64,000 nucleotides of DNA from Octopus vulgaris. Its lineage: Eukaryota. The notes beneath the pieces were generated by a model, which saw only the letters and a list, made by a program, of their open reading frames with translations, ran no database searches and was not told where the DNA came from. The DNA lies in NCBI GenBank assembly GCA_951406725.2, contig OX597819.1, positions 119,536,001 to 119,600,000 on the forward strand, in the 5' to 3' direction. Position numbers and translations under genes: made by a program. Shown here piece by piece: positions 41,746 through 54,045 of the stretch; position 1 is the first letter of the stretch, and each line of letters opens with the position of its first letter.

Positions 41746-43863
41746 GTGATATGCCTTCCCACGGATAAGTCCGGCAGGATGTCAATAGACAGCTTACCGA
41801 ACTACATCCAGGCAATGCAACCTCATATCGCCAATACAAAAGTAACAACTGTACAGGCGCATGAGGAGAGAGAAAAGGTCCTCAATGCCCACATGATGAT
41901 GTGGACAATTGTTCTGGGATCTCAGAAATGTACTGCAAAGAATTTCCAAGCCTGGAACAATGATATCCCGGCACTGTATGGACTTCGCAAGGACCATAAA
42001 GGTTTTACTGACCCTATAGCAGGACCACCAACAAGACCAGTCTGTGGAGCGAATATCGCTAGCAATTACAGAATCTCCTACTTCCTCTCAATGATCATAC
42101 GCCCTATAATCAGGATGTCACCTGATGTGTGTGACAGCACAGAAGATCTCCTAAGCAGGATCAGTGACTGTAACAAAACTTGTGACTTGACAGGATGTAT
42201 AGTAGGTAGCATGGATGTGGTATCCCTATACCCATCGATTGACGTAGATTTTGCAGTGGAGAAGTGCGTGGAGATGATCAACGAGAGCCAGGTGGAGTTC
42301 TGTAATGTCGACACAGAAGAACTGGGCCTCCTACTTAGACTGACATATAATAGTGAATACTTAGATAAACATAATCTTAGTAGTTTCTGCCCCAGTAGAT
42401 GTTTAAGAGGTAGACCGCCTACAATTACTTCTATGGCTAGGAAGACACATATAGAAAGATGGCGCGGATGGACCAGAGCCATACGGAGCCCCGCAAATGT
42501 CCATCAGGTAAAGAAAATGATCGCACATGCACTAGGAGCTAGTATAAGAGTTACCCTAAAAGGCCACACATTTAAATTTAATAATAAAATATATGCCCAG
42601 GACGAGGGGGCAGCCATCGGTGTTAGTATCGCTGGTGATGTGGCCAACCTCTTCATGGTATGGTGGGACAGAAGGCTTAAAGAATGCCTACTGCAGAAAT
42701 CCATACTCGTAAACATGTACTCTCGCTATGTTGATGATATCAATATAGTAGTAAAGGCACCCCCACAAGAGAGTACTGTTGATATAGTAATAGAAACTAA
42801 TACTATGGAGAGCATCCAGCAAATAGCTAACTCCATCCACCAGAGTATTAAGGTCACAATAGACTACCCCACTAAACACCCCAACCATAGACTACCAGTA
42901 CTAGACACTGAACTCTGGCTAGAAATTGTGAAAAATAAAACCCAAATCCTTCATTCATACTATGCAAAACCTATGGCCTCAAAATACCTAATCCACCGGA
43001 ACTCAGCCATTGCGGGCAATGCCAAATTCAATATTTTGATGGCAGACCTCGTCAGAATAATGAGAAATGTGTCACGCATGTGCGAGCCTACAGAATTAAA
43101 GAGACACATACAGTATTTCATTCACCGCATGCAGTTCTCAGGTTACAGCCATAAAGAAAGGATCAGAGTATACAAAGGAGCCATGAAGAAATTTGATAAT
43201 ATATTATGTAATGATAGGAATGGGATTTGCCCACTCTATAGGAACAAGTCATGGAACACTATAGAAAGGACAAAAAAGAAAATAGGGAAGGCCAACTCTT
43301 GGTATGATAGCCATAAATACCAGAGTGTCATGTTCGTTGACACCACCCCTGGAGGTGAACTAGCGTACCGCTTTAGAAGGACCCTAGATAAACTTAAACT
43401 AAGAATTAAGGTTGTTGAAAAGCCAGGCAACCCTATCAGATCTATAATTGGTAGAACCTATCCTTTTAGTAGAACTCTCTGTACGGATAACTATTGCACT
43501 GTATGTAGATTTAGCCCACAAACAAACTGTAAAGCCAGAAATGTGGTCTATAGTATAAGATGTATAGAGGGACGATGCAGTAACAAGACAGTAACATACG
43601 TAGGGGTAACTGCAAGAAGCATTGGTGAGCGGGTGAATGAACATTGGAGACAACTCAAGGAAGGTAAAAGCTCATCGATTCTGTACCAGCACGCCGAACA
43701 AGAACACTGGGGATCAATCAATAACATAGAGATTAAGATATTGTCCACACATAGAACAGATGCAACAATTAGACAAATTACAGAAGCTACACATATAATA
43801 GAAAATAAACCTAGCCTGAATAGAAAACTAGAATGGAGCAATAGCGCACACCACAACATATGA
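41746..43863 (+). CDS. PLE polyprotein: reverse transcriptase + Cys linker + GIY-YIG endonuclease (705 aa; frame continues upstream through one TAA)
   Basis: PTDKSG; YGLRKDHK...TRPV; [11 protein letters not shown]; [10 protein letters not shown]; YSRYVDD; LPVLD; YAKPMASK; CTDNYCTVC linker; NVVYSIRC...C...[16 protein letters not shown]...H...EH...EATHI...PSLN. Confidence 0.95.
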   Translation: MICLPTDKSGRMSIDSLPNYIQAMQPHIANTKVTTVQAHEEREKVLNAHMMMWTIVLGSQKCTAKNFQAWNNDIPALYGLRKDHKGFTDPIAGPPTRPVCGANIASNYRISYFLSMIIRPIIRMSPDVCDSTEDLLSRISDCNKTCDLTGCIVGSMDVVSLYPSIDVDFAVEKCVEMINESQVEFCNVDTEELGLLLRLTYNSEYLDKHNLSSFCPSRCLRGRPPTITSMARKTHIERWRGWTRAIRSPANVHQVKKMIAHALGASIRVTLKGHTFKFNNKIYAQDEGAAIGVSIAGDVANLFMVWWDRRLKECLLQKSILVNMYSRYVDDINIVVKAPPQESTVDIVIETNTMESIQQIANSIHQSIKVTIDYPTKHPNHRLPVLDTELWLEIVKNKTQILHSYYAKPMASKYLIHRNSAIAGNAKFNILMADLVRIMRNVSRMCEPTELKRHIQYFIHRMQFSGYSHKERIRVYKGAMKKFDNILCNDRNGICPLYRNKSWNTIERTKKKIGKANSWYDSHKYQSVMFVDTTPGGELAYRFRRTLDKLKLRIKVVEKPGNPIRSIIGRTYPFSRTLCTDNYCTVCRFSPQTNCKARNVVYSIRCIEGRCSNKTVTYVGVTARSIGERVNEHWRQLKEGKSSSILYQHAEQEHWGSINNIEIKILSTHRTDATIRQITEATHIIENKPSLNRKLEWSNSAHHNI

Positions 43864-44306
43864 CAATAGTGGATCCTGCAAACATAATAAATACACAGGT
43901 AATTAAAGAAATAGAAATGAATATCTATATATATGTATATGTGTATATATATGTATATGTATATGTGTATATGTGTGTGTATATATGTATATATATATAT
44001 ATATATGTATATGTATATGTATGTATATGTATATATGTATATGTATATTCTTTTTTTTTTTCGATTAGATTTATTATTATTATTACTAATATTGTTGTTA
44101 TACATACATACAAGCATATGTAATGATAATAATGGGTGGATGTAAACACATGAACAAAATTAGAACAAAAGCAACAACAACAAAAACAAAAACAAAATAC
44201 AAATTACAAGAATGTATATAACCAGAAGATACAAATATTACAGGCATCCCCCCCACACACACTAAATAAACATAGACGCACATAGAGATATAAGCATGCG
44301 CAAATG

Positions 44307-44546
44307 AAGACATACAATAGAAATACAAAATGGCTGACGGTTAGTAAGGAGAGACACAAGTAAGTGAGAAGAAAACAAAGGACCACTGATGCGGTCACAG
44401 GAGTGTGACGAAAGAACTTTGGCCGAAATAAGATTAAGATTAATGTAAAAAATAAATATCACTGAAGCAAAATAACACCAAATATATAGTGCGTGTGTTT
44501 TTATTGGCTAAACTGGCAATATGACCATTCCGAAATATAACAATAT
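44307..44546 (+). repeat. 3' pseudo-LTR of the PLE (partner of the inverted repeat)
   Basis: Reverse complement of 40855-41094. Confidence 0.95.
44380..44424 (+). ncRNA. Candidate minimal type-I hammerhead ribozyme, variant core (C9 + G insertion)
   Basis: GGACCA CTGATGC G GTCACA-GGAG-TGTGAC GAAA GAAC T T TGGCC: 6-bp stem II, GAAA, 2-bp stem III, stem I CCA/TGG plus GG/CC with a bulge. Confidence 0.6.
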
Positions 44547-44599
44547 CTGTTTCAACACACGACTTCACATAAAAAATCTTGCACAACAAATATTTAAAC

Positions 44600-44655
<56 letters not shown>

Positions 44656-44668
44656 GTATATGTATATG

Positions 44669-44748
<80 letters not shown>

Positions 44749-44769
44749 TATCTGTGTGTATACTTATCT

Positions 44770-45522
44770 ATGGTACTTTGGGCAAGTGTATTCCGACATA
44801 GCCTCGGTCCGACCAAAGCCTTTTAAGTGAATTTGGCAAACAGAATTTGAAAGAAGCCAAGTCGTAAATACATATAGGTGTGGCTGTAGATGTGTGTCTA
44901 TGTGTTTGTTTCCCCACCATCATCACTTGACGACCGATAGAATATGTACTAGGCTTACAAAGAATAAGTCATGGGGTCGAGTTGTTCGGACAAATATGGT
45001 GCTCCGGCACTCAATTGACTGAAACAGGTGAAAGAATAAAAGCATAAGAGATAATGAGCGAAAGAAAATGAGACCACAAACAACATGTTTTTATTCATAG
45101 GCGCAGGAGTGGCTGTGTGGTAAGTAGCTTGCTTATCAACCACATGTTTCCGGGTTCAGTCCCACTACTTGGCATCTTGGGCAAATGTCTTCTACTATAG
45201 CCTTGGTCGACCAAAGCCTTGTGAGTAGATTTGGTAGACAGGAAATAAAAGAAGCCCGTCGTATATATGTATATATACATATATATATGTATATGTGTGT
45301 ATATCTTTGTGTGTCTGTGTTTGACCCCCCCGCCCCCAACATCGCTTGACAACCGATGATAGTGTGTTTTCGTACCCGTAGCTTAGCGGTTCGGCAAAAG
45401 AGACCGATAGAATACGTACTGGGCTTAGAAAGAATATGTCATGGAGTCGAGTTGCTCGACTAAAGGCGGCGCTCCAGCATGGCCGCAGTCAAATGACTGA
45501 AACAAGTGAAAGAGTAAAAGAG
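44770..45522 (+). mobile_element. Two tandem SINE family A copies (44770-45040 truncated; 45100-45522 full)
   Basis: GGCGCAGGAGTGGCTGTGTGGTAAG at 45100; tail GAAACAAGTGAAAGAGTAAAAGAG. Confidence 0.85.
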
Positions 45523-46107
45523 TATACTTATATATATTGAATTTATGAATTTCGGTGAAAGGTTTTAGTACTTCAACCAAGGAAAATATTCCTCAATACT
45601 TCTAAACATGATATTCACATACACATATGTGTCCCAATACACAATCAACTTTATTATAAATAGACTCGAGTTGAGTTTAGATTTCTCTATACGAAATAAA
45701 TGGTCGGTCATATCATGACCCACATTTTCTAATTAAGTACTCTACGCAAATATATGGCACTCAGTACCGAGCAATAATCAATAGATATCTCATGATTAAA
45801 TTCAAGCGTTCTCATGTTGAATAACAAGAAAGAAGATCATATGCGTACGCTCAATACGTCTAAATGACCAATCAATAGAATGAATCTACTGATCGGATTA
45901 TTTAGTGGAATGCCGTATCTATTACTTTACGGAGTTACCTCCCCATTTATCTCTTCGTTTCGTTGTAAACTAATATAATCTACTTTAATGAAATCATTAC
46001 GAACAGGAAATCCAGAAAGAGGTATGATATATAGTTTAATGGGAAGTGCAGCTTTAATGCTTAAAGAGAAATGGAAGATATATTCTGTCTTACAGGGCTA
46101 TACCTAT

Positions 46108-46337
46108 TTCTTTACTACCCACAAGGGGCTAAACACAGAGAGGACAAACAAGGACAGACAAATGGATTAAGTCGATTATATCGACTCCAGTGCGTAACAG
46201 GTACTTAATTTATCGATCCCGAAAGGATGAAAGGCAAAGTCGACCTCGGTGGAATTTGAACTCAGAATGTAACGGCAGACGAAATACGGCTACGCATTTC
46301 GCCCGGCGTGCTAACGTTTCTGCTAGCTCTTGGCTTT
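46108..46337 (-). mobile_element. SINE family B with 18-bp TSD
   Basis: TTACAGGGCTATACCTAT at 46090-46107 and 46338-46355. Confidence 0.9.
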
Positions 46338-46381
46338 TTACAGGGCTATACCTATCTAACTTTTCCTAGGACATCATACTC

Positions 46382-46420
<39 letters not shown>

Positions 46421-46828
46421 TGTGTGTCTGTGTATATGTGTGTAAGTGCGCGTGCTTGTGTCTATGTGTGTGAGTGTGTATAGAACATTGGAATTCTACA
46501 ACTCCAGCTATCACTACCACCACGATCACTACTACTACTACTACTTCTACTACTACGACAACTACTATAGCCAAAGGACTACTGCTACAACTGCAACCAC
46601 CTCTGTCACTACTATTACTATTACGACCAACAGTCTTCCACTGCTACTGCTGCTACTACTACAGCTAATGAACTGCTGTAACTCCAACCACCACCACCAC
46701 CACCATGGCCACTACTACTACGACCAACAGTCACTGCTACTACTGCTATGTCAGCCACCAGTCATTTTCACAATGACAGCCAACGAATCTAGTCAACGCA
46801 CAAGACAGCCATGACAGAATGAACTTGA

Positions 46829-48096
46829 GTGATTCTGACAAACAAATATTTCCTCTTCGATAACACGCACTACCGTCAAAAATGTGGTATTGTGATGGGT
46901 ACCAAGGCTGCACCAGTCCTTGCGAACCTCATAATGGGCTTCTTCGAACTATCATTCTATGAGATATCACGCCAGAAATTTGGATATGTTTTCCACACCT
47001 ACCTAATGGAAAACTGGAAAAGGTATTTGGAAGATTGTTTCATCATATGGAAAGAATCTTATGAAAAGCTTCTGGAATTCAATACCATAGTGAACAACAT
47101 ACATCCCAACATCCAATTCACTATGGAATTAAGCAAACATCATATCCCTTTCCTTGATCTCCTAATTATAAAAAACACCTAAGAGCCAAATCATAACAGA
47201 CATCTACCACAAATCTACAGACTCTCAACAATACCTCCGCTTTAGTTCATGCCACCCAAATCACACCAAGACAAATATCCCTATCAACTTAGCTAAAAGT
47301 GTATGCACCATTGTCTCAGAACCAAAAACTCGAGAAATACGCCTTCAAGACCTCAAAAAAAACACTATTACAACGCCAATATCCCTCCACCCTTATAGAG
47401 TATGGAATAAAACACGCCAAAGAACTAGACAACATTACACTGAAAACCACCCAACACAACAACACACACAACCCCAAAATACTTCCATACATTTCCACCC
47501 ACAACCCCAAAAATACCGAAGCATATACCACAATCATACAAAACCTCACTCTACTGTCAACAGACCCAAAAATGAAAAACATTATAAATACACACAAAAT
47601 CCTGAAATGTAAAAGGCAACACAAATCTTTAAAAAAACTCTCGACAAATGCCGAACTTCACACACTACATCCACCCCCAGCAGTTAAAAAAAGGGCACGC
47701 CCAAACTGTGGCACCTGCCCCTTCCTACTTGAAGGCTCTGAATTTATCTTCAAACAAGGAACGAAGTTTAAAATCGAGACCAACTTCTCCTGTTCCTCCG
47801 AGAACCTTATCTACGTTCTCACAAGCGCCGGTGGCCAACATAATTATGTTGGACAAACGAGCCTCCTTTTACGTAAAAGTGTAGCGGTCCATAAAGAACA
47901 AATAAATCTCCCGGAATACCGGCAAATTCCACTGTGTGGCCACATAGACTCATGCGCTAAATACAAAAATCCCAAATTTTACATATTCCCCTTCTACCAA
48001 TATAAAGACGGAATCACCACACAGGAGAGAATTAACAAGGAGAATCTCTTTATTGAAAAACTCAAAACGCATCTTAATATGCAAACTCCTCGTTGA
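46829..48096 (+). pseudogene. PLE RT (C-terminal part) + GIY-YIG, at least two frameshifts, catalytic YxDD reads YLED
   Basis: ORFs 46829-47182 and 47299-48096, plus an intervening frame ITDIYHKSTDSQQYLRFSSCHPNHTKTNIP. Confidence 0.88.
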
Positions 48097-48775
48097 TCAT
48101 ACTTCTTTTTTCTACCTCATTCTTCATGGATAGACTAATACAAATATATAAGGATACCATACAGTCATCACTTCAAGCTAAAACTTATGTTCTTTATTTA
48201 TCATTATTATTATGTTATTATTTTATTAGTTTTATTTTTATTTTATATGACATAACAATCTGAAATGCAATTATAAATTGGTTTATGTAAATTTATATAA
48301 TTAGAAAACTATAAATAATGTCTTAAAATCTGAATGTTAAGTTAGCAAACAATTATATAAAAAAAATAAAAAAGATAATGCAAATGAAGCTAAAATGATA
48401 ATGTTATAACTTAAGGTTTATTTACACCCTTTATTACAAAAAATTGATAAACCCAAATTGAAGAGCTTAAAACCCACAGAGTTGTCTCCCCTTACTCACA
48501 GGAACTGAACAACTACTTCCTGTTTTGACATCCACTTAACAGACATCCTTAATTAAATTAAACAGCACATGGATTTAATCACATGGATCTCAATCCTCCA
48601 AGGTAATTTTTTCAAGAACTCTCACTAAACTCGAGATACACAAAGACTTTATAAAGTATCGGTGGACCTATTTTCTAATTTTTGTATATGTTTATTATTA
48701 TTTTTTGCAAAAGACAATGTAATTTTCTTTTTTCCCCCTCGTCAAACATAATTTTTTTTTCTCTTTTCACCTTAC

Positions 48776-48817
48776 AATTCTTGAAACGTCACATTGTGAC
48801 GAAAACCGGTTTGAATT
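48776..48817 (+). ncRNA. Candidate minimal type-I hammerhead with U3-A8 and C9 core variants
   Basis: AATTC TTGAAAC GTCAC-ATT-GTGAC GAAA ACCGGT T T GAATT: 5-bp stem I, 5-bp stem II, palindromic stem III (AACCGGTT). Lies in the 3' region of a PLE. Confidence 0.7.
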
Positions 48818-50215
48818 AATATATATATATTTTATTAATTTTTCTAATTTTTCCATACACCCATTTTCATTAAAATTTTCCTTAAATTTAGCATTCTGCC
48901 TTTTTATAATTTTTCGTTGCCTATCATTTCTCAACGTGCGGTCAACAGAACCCCACCATTTATTGTTTTATATATATAAAACCATTGGTCCTAACTGTGT
49001 CGATCTGAATTCGTATGTAGGGTAATATATCAAATTTAACATGTCTCGCTATGGTGATACCTTCAAAGAGACGGACAAAACATTTGCCAATAAAATGAAA
49101 GATAGTTTAATTAAATGAAAGGGAATGTCGCTATAATATATTTAACAATGGCATCTAATAAATCGTTCCACTCTTTTGCCAATTTCACCTAGATCCTTTG
49201 CCCGGCAATGGAAATTGCCAGTAGGAATTATATTGAAAAAATTAAATATTTTGTGTCAGAATCAGGTAATTTTTGTCTTTGTATATCTCTTTGAAATATT
49301 TTGCTGATTGCTATCATAGGTATCATCGACACCTTAGAAAAAAAGGTAAGATGAATTTAATTGAAAAGCATAGATGAAACATAGATTGTCACCAGCAGGA
49401 TGGGAAATCAGAATGAATGAATACTGAACGGCATACTGCAGAAACTAGATTTCCAATCGCTCAATCTATTCAGTTCTTTGTCTTGTTTTATTACGGCACC
49501 TGTTTAACGATAAATTCACCTTCTGTGAAAGCTATATAGCATTCACTTCCTCGTTATTTATTCATTGTTTCTTTCACATATTCACGAGTCATCTTTGTAT
49601 ATAATCCCTATAGAAATCACGATATACTTGAAAATGATCTCCATTCTCTAAATTGTAACCAATCCGTAAAAGTGTTGGATAATAGTGAATGCAAAAATCT
49701 TTAATTCACCAAACTATACCGCCATTTATATACTGCCTATATGAAAAATATTTATTTTGCATTGTTTTTTCGAAACAATAGATGCACCAAACATTATCAT
49801 ATAGAATTGTTAACAGACAATTATTTCAAAATGAAATTAATTCATATTTTCCTTCAAGCACTTGCGTACTGTCATTGTATAATTGATAGGACGAATCATT
49901 GTAATTATTCACTTATGAGATATCCTAGAGAAATGAATAATTTATATTTACGCTCTCAAGCCTTTCTCCTGTCAAAGTGAGGAACTGACCATTGTGTCTG
50001 TTATTTTCCTTCACTAAGACACAACTATCATCAAATTCCTGCCAGCTGTGACCATCCCGTCTTTTTTGTACGGATATATAGTATTTGAACAATTTGAATA
50101 TGTCTGTCATTTAATTCAGTCAACATAGAGAGTTTCAGAATAATATCTGGGAAGAGTTTTGGCGAGTTTAAACGGTGAAAGCATACAGTGAGAATATATA
50201 TTTTATGGTCCTATA

Positions 50216-50560
50216 GGCGCTAATGTGGTGGTGTGGTAAGAAACTTACTTTCCAACCATATGCTTCCGGGTTCGGTCCTGCTGCGTGGCACTTTGGGCAA
50301 ATGTTTTCTACTCGGGGCAACCATAGCCCTGTGAGTGGATTTGGTAGACGGAAACTGAAAGAAACACGTAGTATATATACATATGTGTGTGTGTGTGTGT
50401 GTGTGTGAGTGTGTGATTGGGCCCCATCAACGATAGAGAATTGATTTTGGTATGTTAACGTCCCCGTAACTTAGCGGTTCAGCATTCGATTTATTCACTT
50501 GACATAATATTCAAGGCTGTGCTCACATTGATCGCAGTGTAATGATTGAAGCAAATAAAA
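50216..50560 (+). mobile_element. SINE family A (diverged)
   Basis: GTGGTAAG...CCGGGTTCGGTCC...GAGTGGATTTGGTAGACGGAAACTGAAAGAA. Confidence 0.8.
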
Positions 50561-50661
50561 GATACAATTATCACAGATTCAGCAACTCCAGCAGAATAAG
50601 CAAAAGACTGGTGGTGGTGGGGGAAAGCAGTAGCAGTAGTAGTAGCAGCAACAGCAGCAGT

Positions 50662-50739
<78 letters not shown>

Positions 50740-50769
50740 TTTAGTAGTAGTGTTTTCAATAGAACATAG

Positions 50770-51157
50770 TTGTGGGATGTACTTTTGAGGCGAGCGAGAT
50801 TGAAAAACTTGCCGTCAATTCTGTACGAGATCTCGATGCCAGGTGGAAGGTCATCTCGTATGATGTGCAACACTGTCGCGATAAAGATGTTAAAAAAAGA
50901 CCAGACCACTCTGGAAAACCGCCATCCATGAGGGAACGGCGACTTTCGAGTCGAAAAGGTCTGCAGAGCTGGAGGAGAAAAGACGACGACGGAAGGAGCA
51001 CCAACAACAACCGGGTGCGACTCTCCCTTCCGGCACTAGATGTCCGCATTGCGACCGATCTTTTCAAACAAGAATTGGTCTTATCGGTCACCTACGGACT
51101 CACCAGTAAATTTGGGCGAAGACCATCATCCTCGACCTTGAAGGATTGCCATCATCA
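50770..51157 (+). mobile_element. RTE-clade LINE fragment with an inverted 5' piece
   Basis: Minus 50770-50900: FNIFIATVLHIIRDDLPPGIEISYRIDGKFFNLARLK (RTE RT). Plus 50912-51109: WKTAIHEG...EEKRRRRK...CPHCDRSFQTRIGLIGHLRTHQ* (RTE C2H2 end). Short 3'UTR ending CATCATCA. Confidence 0.85.
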
Positions 51158-51353
51158 GTTGAGGGAAAACATTTCAAAGGAGCCTTTTTTCCCTTTATAC
51201 GCAAAGACTATAATTTTTCACGTAATTAATATCTTTTTTAACTGAAATTCTTTAACCAGCTGAGTTTAACTCAACAGTAAGTAAACAAACACCATCTATC
51301 TTAATTAAAAACCTATCAAAAATCACATACAATTCCACATGACACTACACACA

Positions 51354-51395
<42 letters not shown>

Positions 51396-51602
51396 TACAC
51401 ACACACACATACACAACACACAAAACATACGTCTGCGTATATGCCTGCATGTATGTAAGTATGTATGTATGATATTCTTTTTATCTACAAGATGTTAAAA
51501 AATATCAAAGGAATTTGTGGGGATACGATATCTATCCGTAATTTTATTGCACTGACTCAATTACGTCACAAGTATTTTGGCATTTAAACTCAGAAAATAT
51601 AT

Positions 51603-51826
51603 ATTTCTTTACTGCCCACAAGGGGCTAAACATAGAGGGGACAAACAAAGACAGACAAACGGATTAAATCGATAACATCGAGCCCAGTGCGAAACTGGTA
51701 CTTTATTTGTCGACCCCGAAACGATGAAAGTCAAAGTCGACCTCGGCGGAATTTGAACTCAGAACGTAACGACAGACGAAATGCTGCTAAGCATTTCGCC
51801 CGGCGCGCTAACGTTTCAGCCAGCTC
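51603..51826 (-). mobile_element. SINE family B
   Basis: Reverse complement of the 26998 consensus. Confidence 0.85.
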
Positions 51827-52861
51827 GAGGTGCCAATTGATTCACAATTTTGCCATATCAACTCACTACCTAATGTGTACAAGCTGTTATGCTACGAGTC
51901 TGACCCTAGACTGCTTCCCAAACACCCTTGGCCTTCAGTATGCCAAATTTTTTCTGGTTCTTTTCTATATAATAGGTCTTGTGTCCTTAACCTACTTCTA
52001 TACACAGCTAATATGAAAGCAAAAGCTGCTGTATACGTCAGACTAGATTGTTAAACAAAATGTTAATGAAATTATACTTTGCTCAATTGGCTTCCAACAA
52101 TCACACACTTCCCTAAATATTGTCACATTATATTTCAAACAGAACACATTAAGCGCATATAAACCATTGATACTTATTTTTTTGAAGTTTTCGATGATTT
52201 TTATTAAATTTAACGGCCCAATGTATTTGACGATTTTATCTTCTCAGCAAAGCTCAATATATTTCATTTTACTGAATACGACTTACTATTGTCATTAACC
52301 GTATTTGGTTAGCAAAGAAATGTTTCAATAAATATAATTTGCGAAATTGATCTTTCTATTGTTTGAAGCGGTTTTTAAAACTCGAAATGATAAAATGTAT
52401 ATTCAATAAATTGTCTAAAAGAAAAATGACAAACAACAATTTAGAGAGGAATAGGAATGCAGAAAGAAAATAGTGTATAGTAGTAGTTTTTAGAAGTTTA
52501 CTTAGAATTTATGTATTTTTATTTCGGTTCAGTATGTTTCTGTATATAACTCCCTCCATATTATCATAAAGAACAATTGTTTATATATGAGCATTTTGTA
52601 TAAGAATTTAATGCAATACTGCTCAAATCCGAAGTAATTATTCAAATTTTGGCACAAAGCCAGTAATTTTGGTGGAAGGGGTGAGTTGATTGCATTGAGC
52701 CCAGTAATTTCGACACCGAAAGGATGAAATGCAAAGTCAAACTCTGTGACATTTGAACTCGGAACGGAAAATCGGACAAAATGAGGCTAATCATTTTGTC
52801 CAACGCAAGAACAATTCTAAACCCTGGCTGCGTTATCTGTTTTAATATTAGAAACACGATA

Positions 52862-53072
52862 AGGCGGTGAGCTGGCAGAAACTTTACCACACCGGGCGAA
52901 ATGCTTAGCGGTATTTCGTCTGCGTTACGTTGTGAGTTCAAATTCCGCCGAGGTCGACTTCGCCTTTCATCCTTTCAGGGTCGAAGAATTAAGTACCAGT
53001 TGCGTCCTTGGGTCGATCTAATCAACTGGGATCCTCCCCCAAAACTTCGGCACTTGTGCCTAGAGTAGTAAA
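52862..53072 (+). mobile_element. SINE family B with the alternative tail (a degenerate minus-strand copy lies at ~52645-52830)
   Basis: GGCGGTGAGCTGGCAG...GAGTTCAAATTCC...CCTCCCCCAAAACTTCGGCACTTGTGCCTAGAGTAG. Confidence 0.85.
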
Positions 53073-53532
53073 GAATATTAGATATATGAATAATGGAGCC
53101 AAAGTTTGCATGCTTTCTTCTCGTTGACTGCAGGTAAACTATGGAAGCTCATCGTGATTAGATAATGTACAATATCAGAGAATTATTTTGATTATACGAG
53201 GCAGGAGAATATTCATTTTTAAACATTCAGGTTAAAATTAAATGAGTGTAGTTTTAATGCATAAATGAGAGGTTAGGTGTAGTTATCATAAAGGAACTAT
53301 TTATCTTTCAGGTACTAGGATCTCTGGGAGAAAATATTTTTACGAATAGAAAAAATGCTTGAATATAGTTTAACACTTTCCCTATAATTAAGGTGAAACT
53401 AAATTATGGTTAACAAGATAGGGAATTAATTAACTGTACTCATCTAGGTAAAATATCTGGATATGACTTGATACTTTATCTATTAGCAATGTAAGACCAA
53501 ATTAAGGTTAACGAAGCTTAGGAATGAGCTAA

Positions 53533-53657
<125 letters not shown>

Positions 53658-53857
53658 AATATTAGGGAATAAATCCAAACTTACAGGGAAAAATCAGATT
53701 TAGGATTGAATCCAATTTTATAGTAAAATATTATATTATATTAAATTAGAGACAAAACTACTATTATGCAAACCGAACAATGAAAGACGTAAGCCAATAC
53801 ATAAATTAATTTATATTATTTAGATATGTAACAATTATTAAAAAATATAATTAGTAT

Positions 53858-53920
53858 CCACTACGATCGTTTCCTGTTTTCTGTCATCAAATTTTGGAGT
53901 AGCAGACATTCATCAGGTGG
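53858..53920 (-). ncRNA. Type-I hammerhead motif, mirror copy on the minus strand
   Basis: Exact reverse complement of 53983-54045. Confidence 0.8.
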
Positions 53921-53982
53921 TTTCAAAATTTTCTTGGCGAGTTTTAAACAATCGTTTAAAACTCGCCAAGAAAATTTTGAAA

Positions 53983-54045
53983 CCACCTGATGAATGTCTG
54001 CTACTCCAAAATTTGATGACAGAAAACAGGAAACGATCGTAGTGG
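53983..54045 (+). ncRNA. Type-I hammerhead ribozyme motif (canonical core, GUA site)
   Basis: CCAC CTGATGA [ATGTCTG...CAGAAAACAG] GAAA CGATCG T A GTGG: stem I CCAC/GTGG, palindromic stem III ACGATCGT, long irregular stem II. Confidence 0.8.

Larger units (their letters stand above)
40855..44600 (+). mobile_element. Near-intact Penelope-like retroelement (probably Naiad-type): inverted partial pLTR + ORF + 3' pLTR/tail, flanked by (TA)n
   Basis: RT+GIY-YIG ORF; 240-bp inverted repeat 40855-41094 / 44307-44546; extra 3' tail 44547-44600; (TA)n on both sides. The Naiad assignment is from remembered motif resemblance (YxKPMxSK..SA), not an alignment. Confidence 0.93.
46815..48970 (+). mobile_element. 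5'-truncated, frameshifted Penelope-like element (Neptune-like) with AT-rich 3' pLTR
   Basis: LTNKYFLFDNTHYRQKCGIVMGTKAAPVLANL, WKRYLEDCF, FTME...IPFLDL, TDIYHKSTDSQQYL...SCHP, PNCGTCP, NLIYVLTS...YVGQT. 3' boundary approximate. Confidence 0.88.

Noticed and set aside
43861-43863. Terminal TGA as selenocysteine
   Set aside because: It falls after the conserved LNRKxEW end of the endonuclease and is followed by TAG two codons later; no SECIS could be identified by eye.
40855-44546. DNA transposon TIRs or a DIRS-type inverted LTR
   Set aside because: The enclosed ORF is RT + GIY-YIG with no transposase, RNase H or tyrosine recombinase. The asymmetric tail fits a PLE inverted pLTR.
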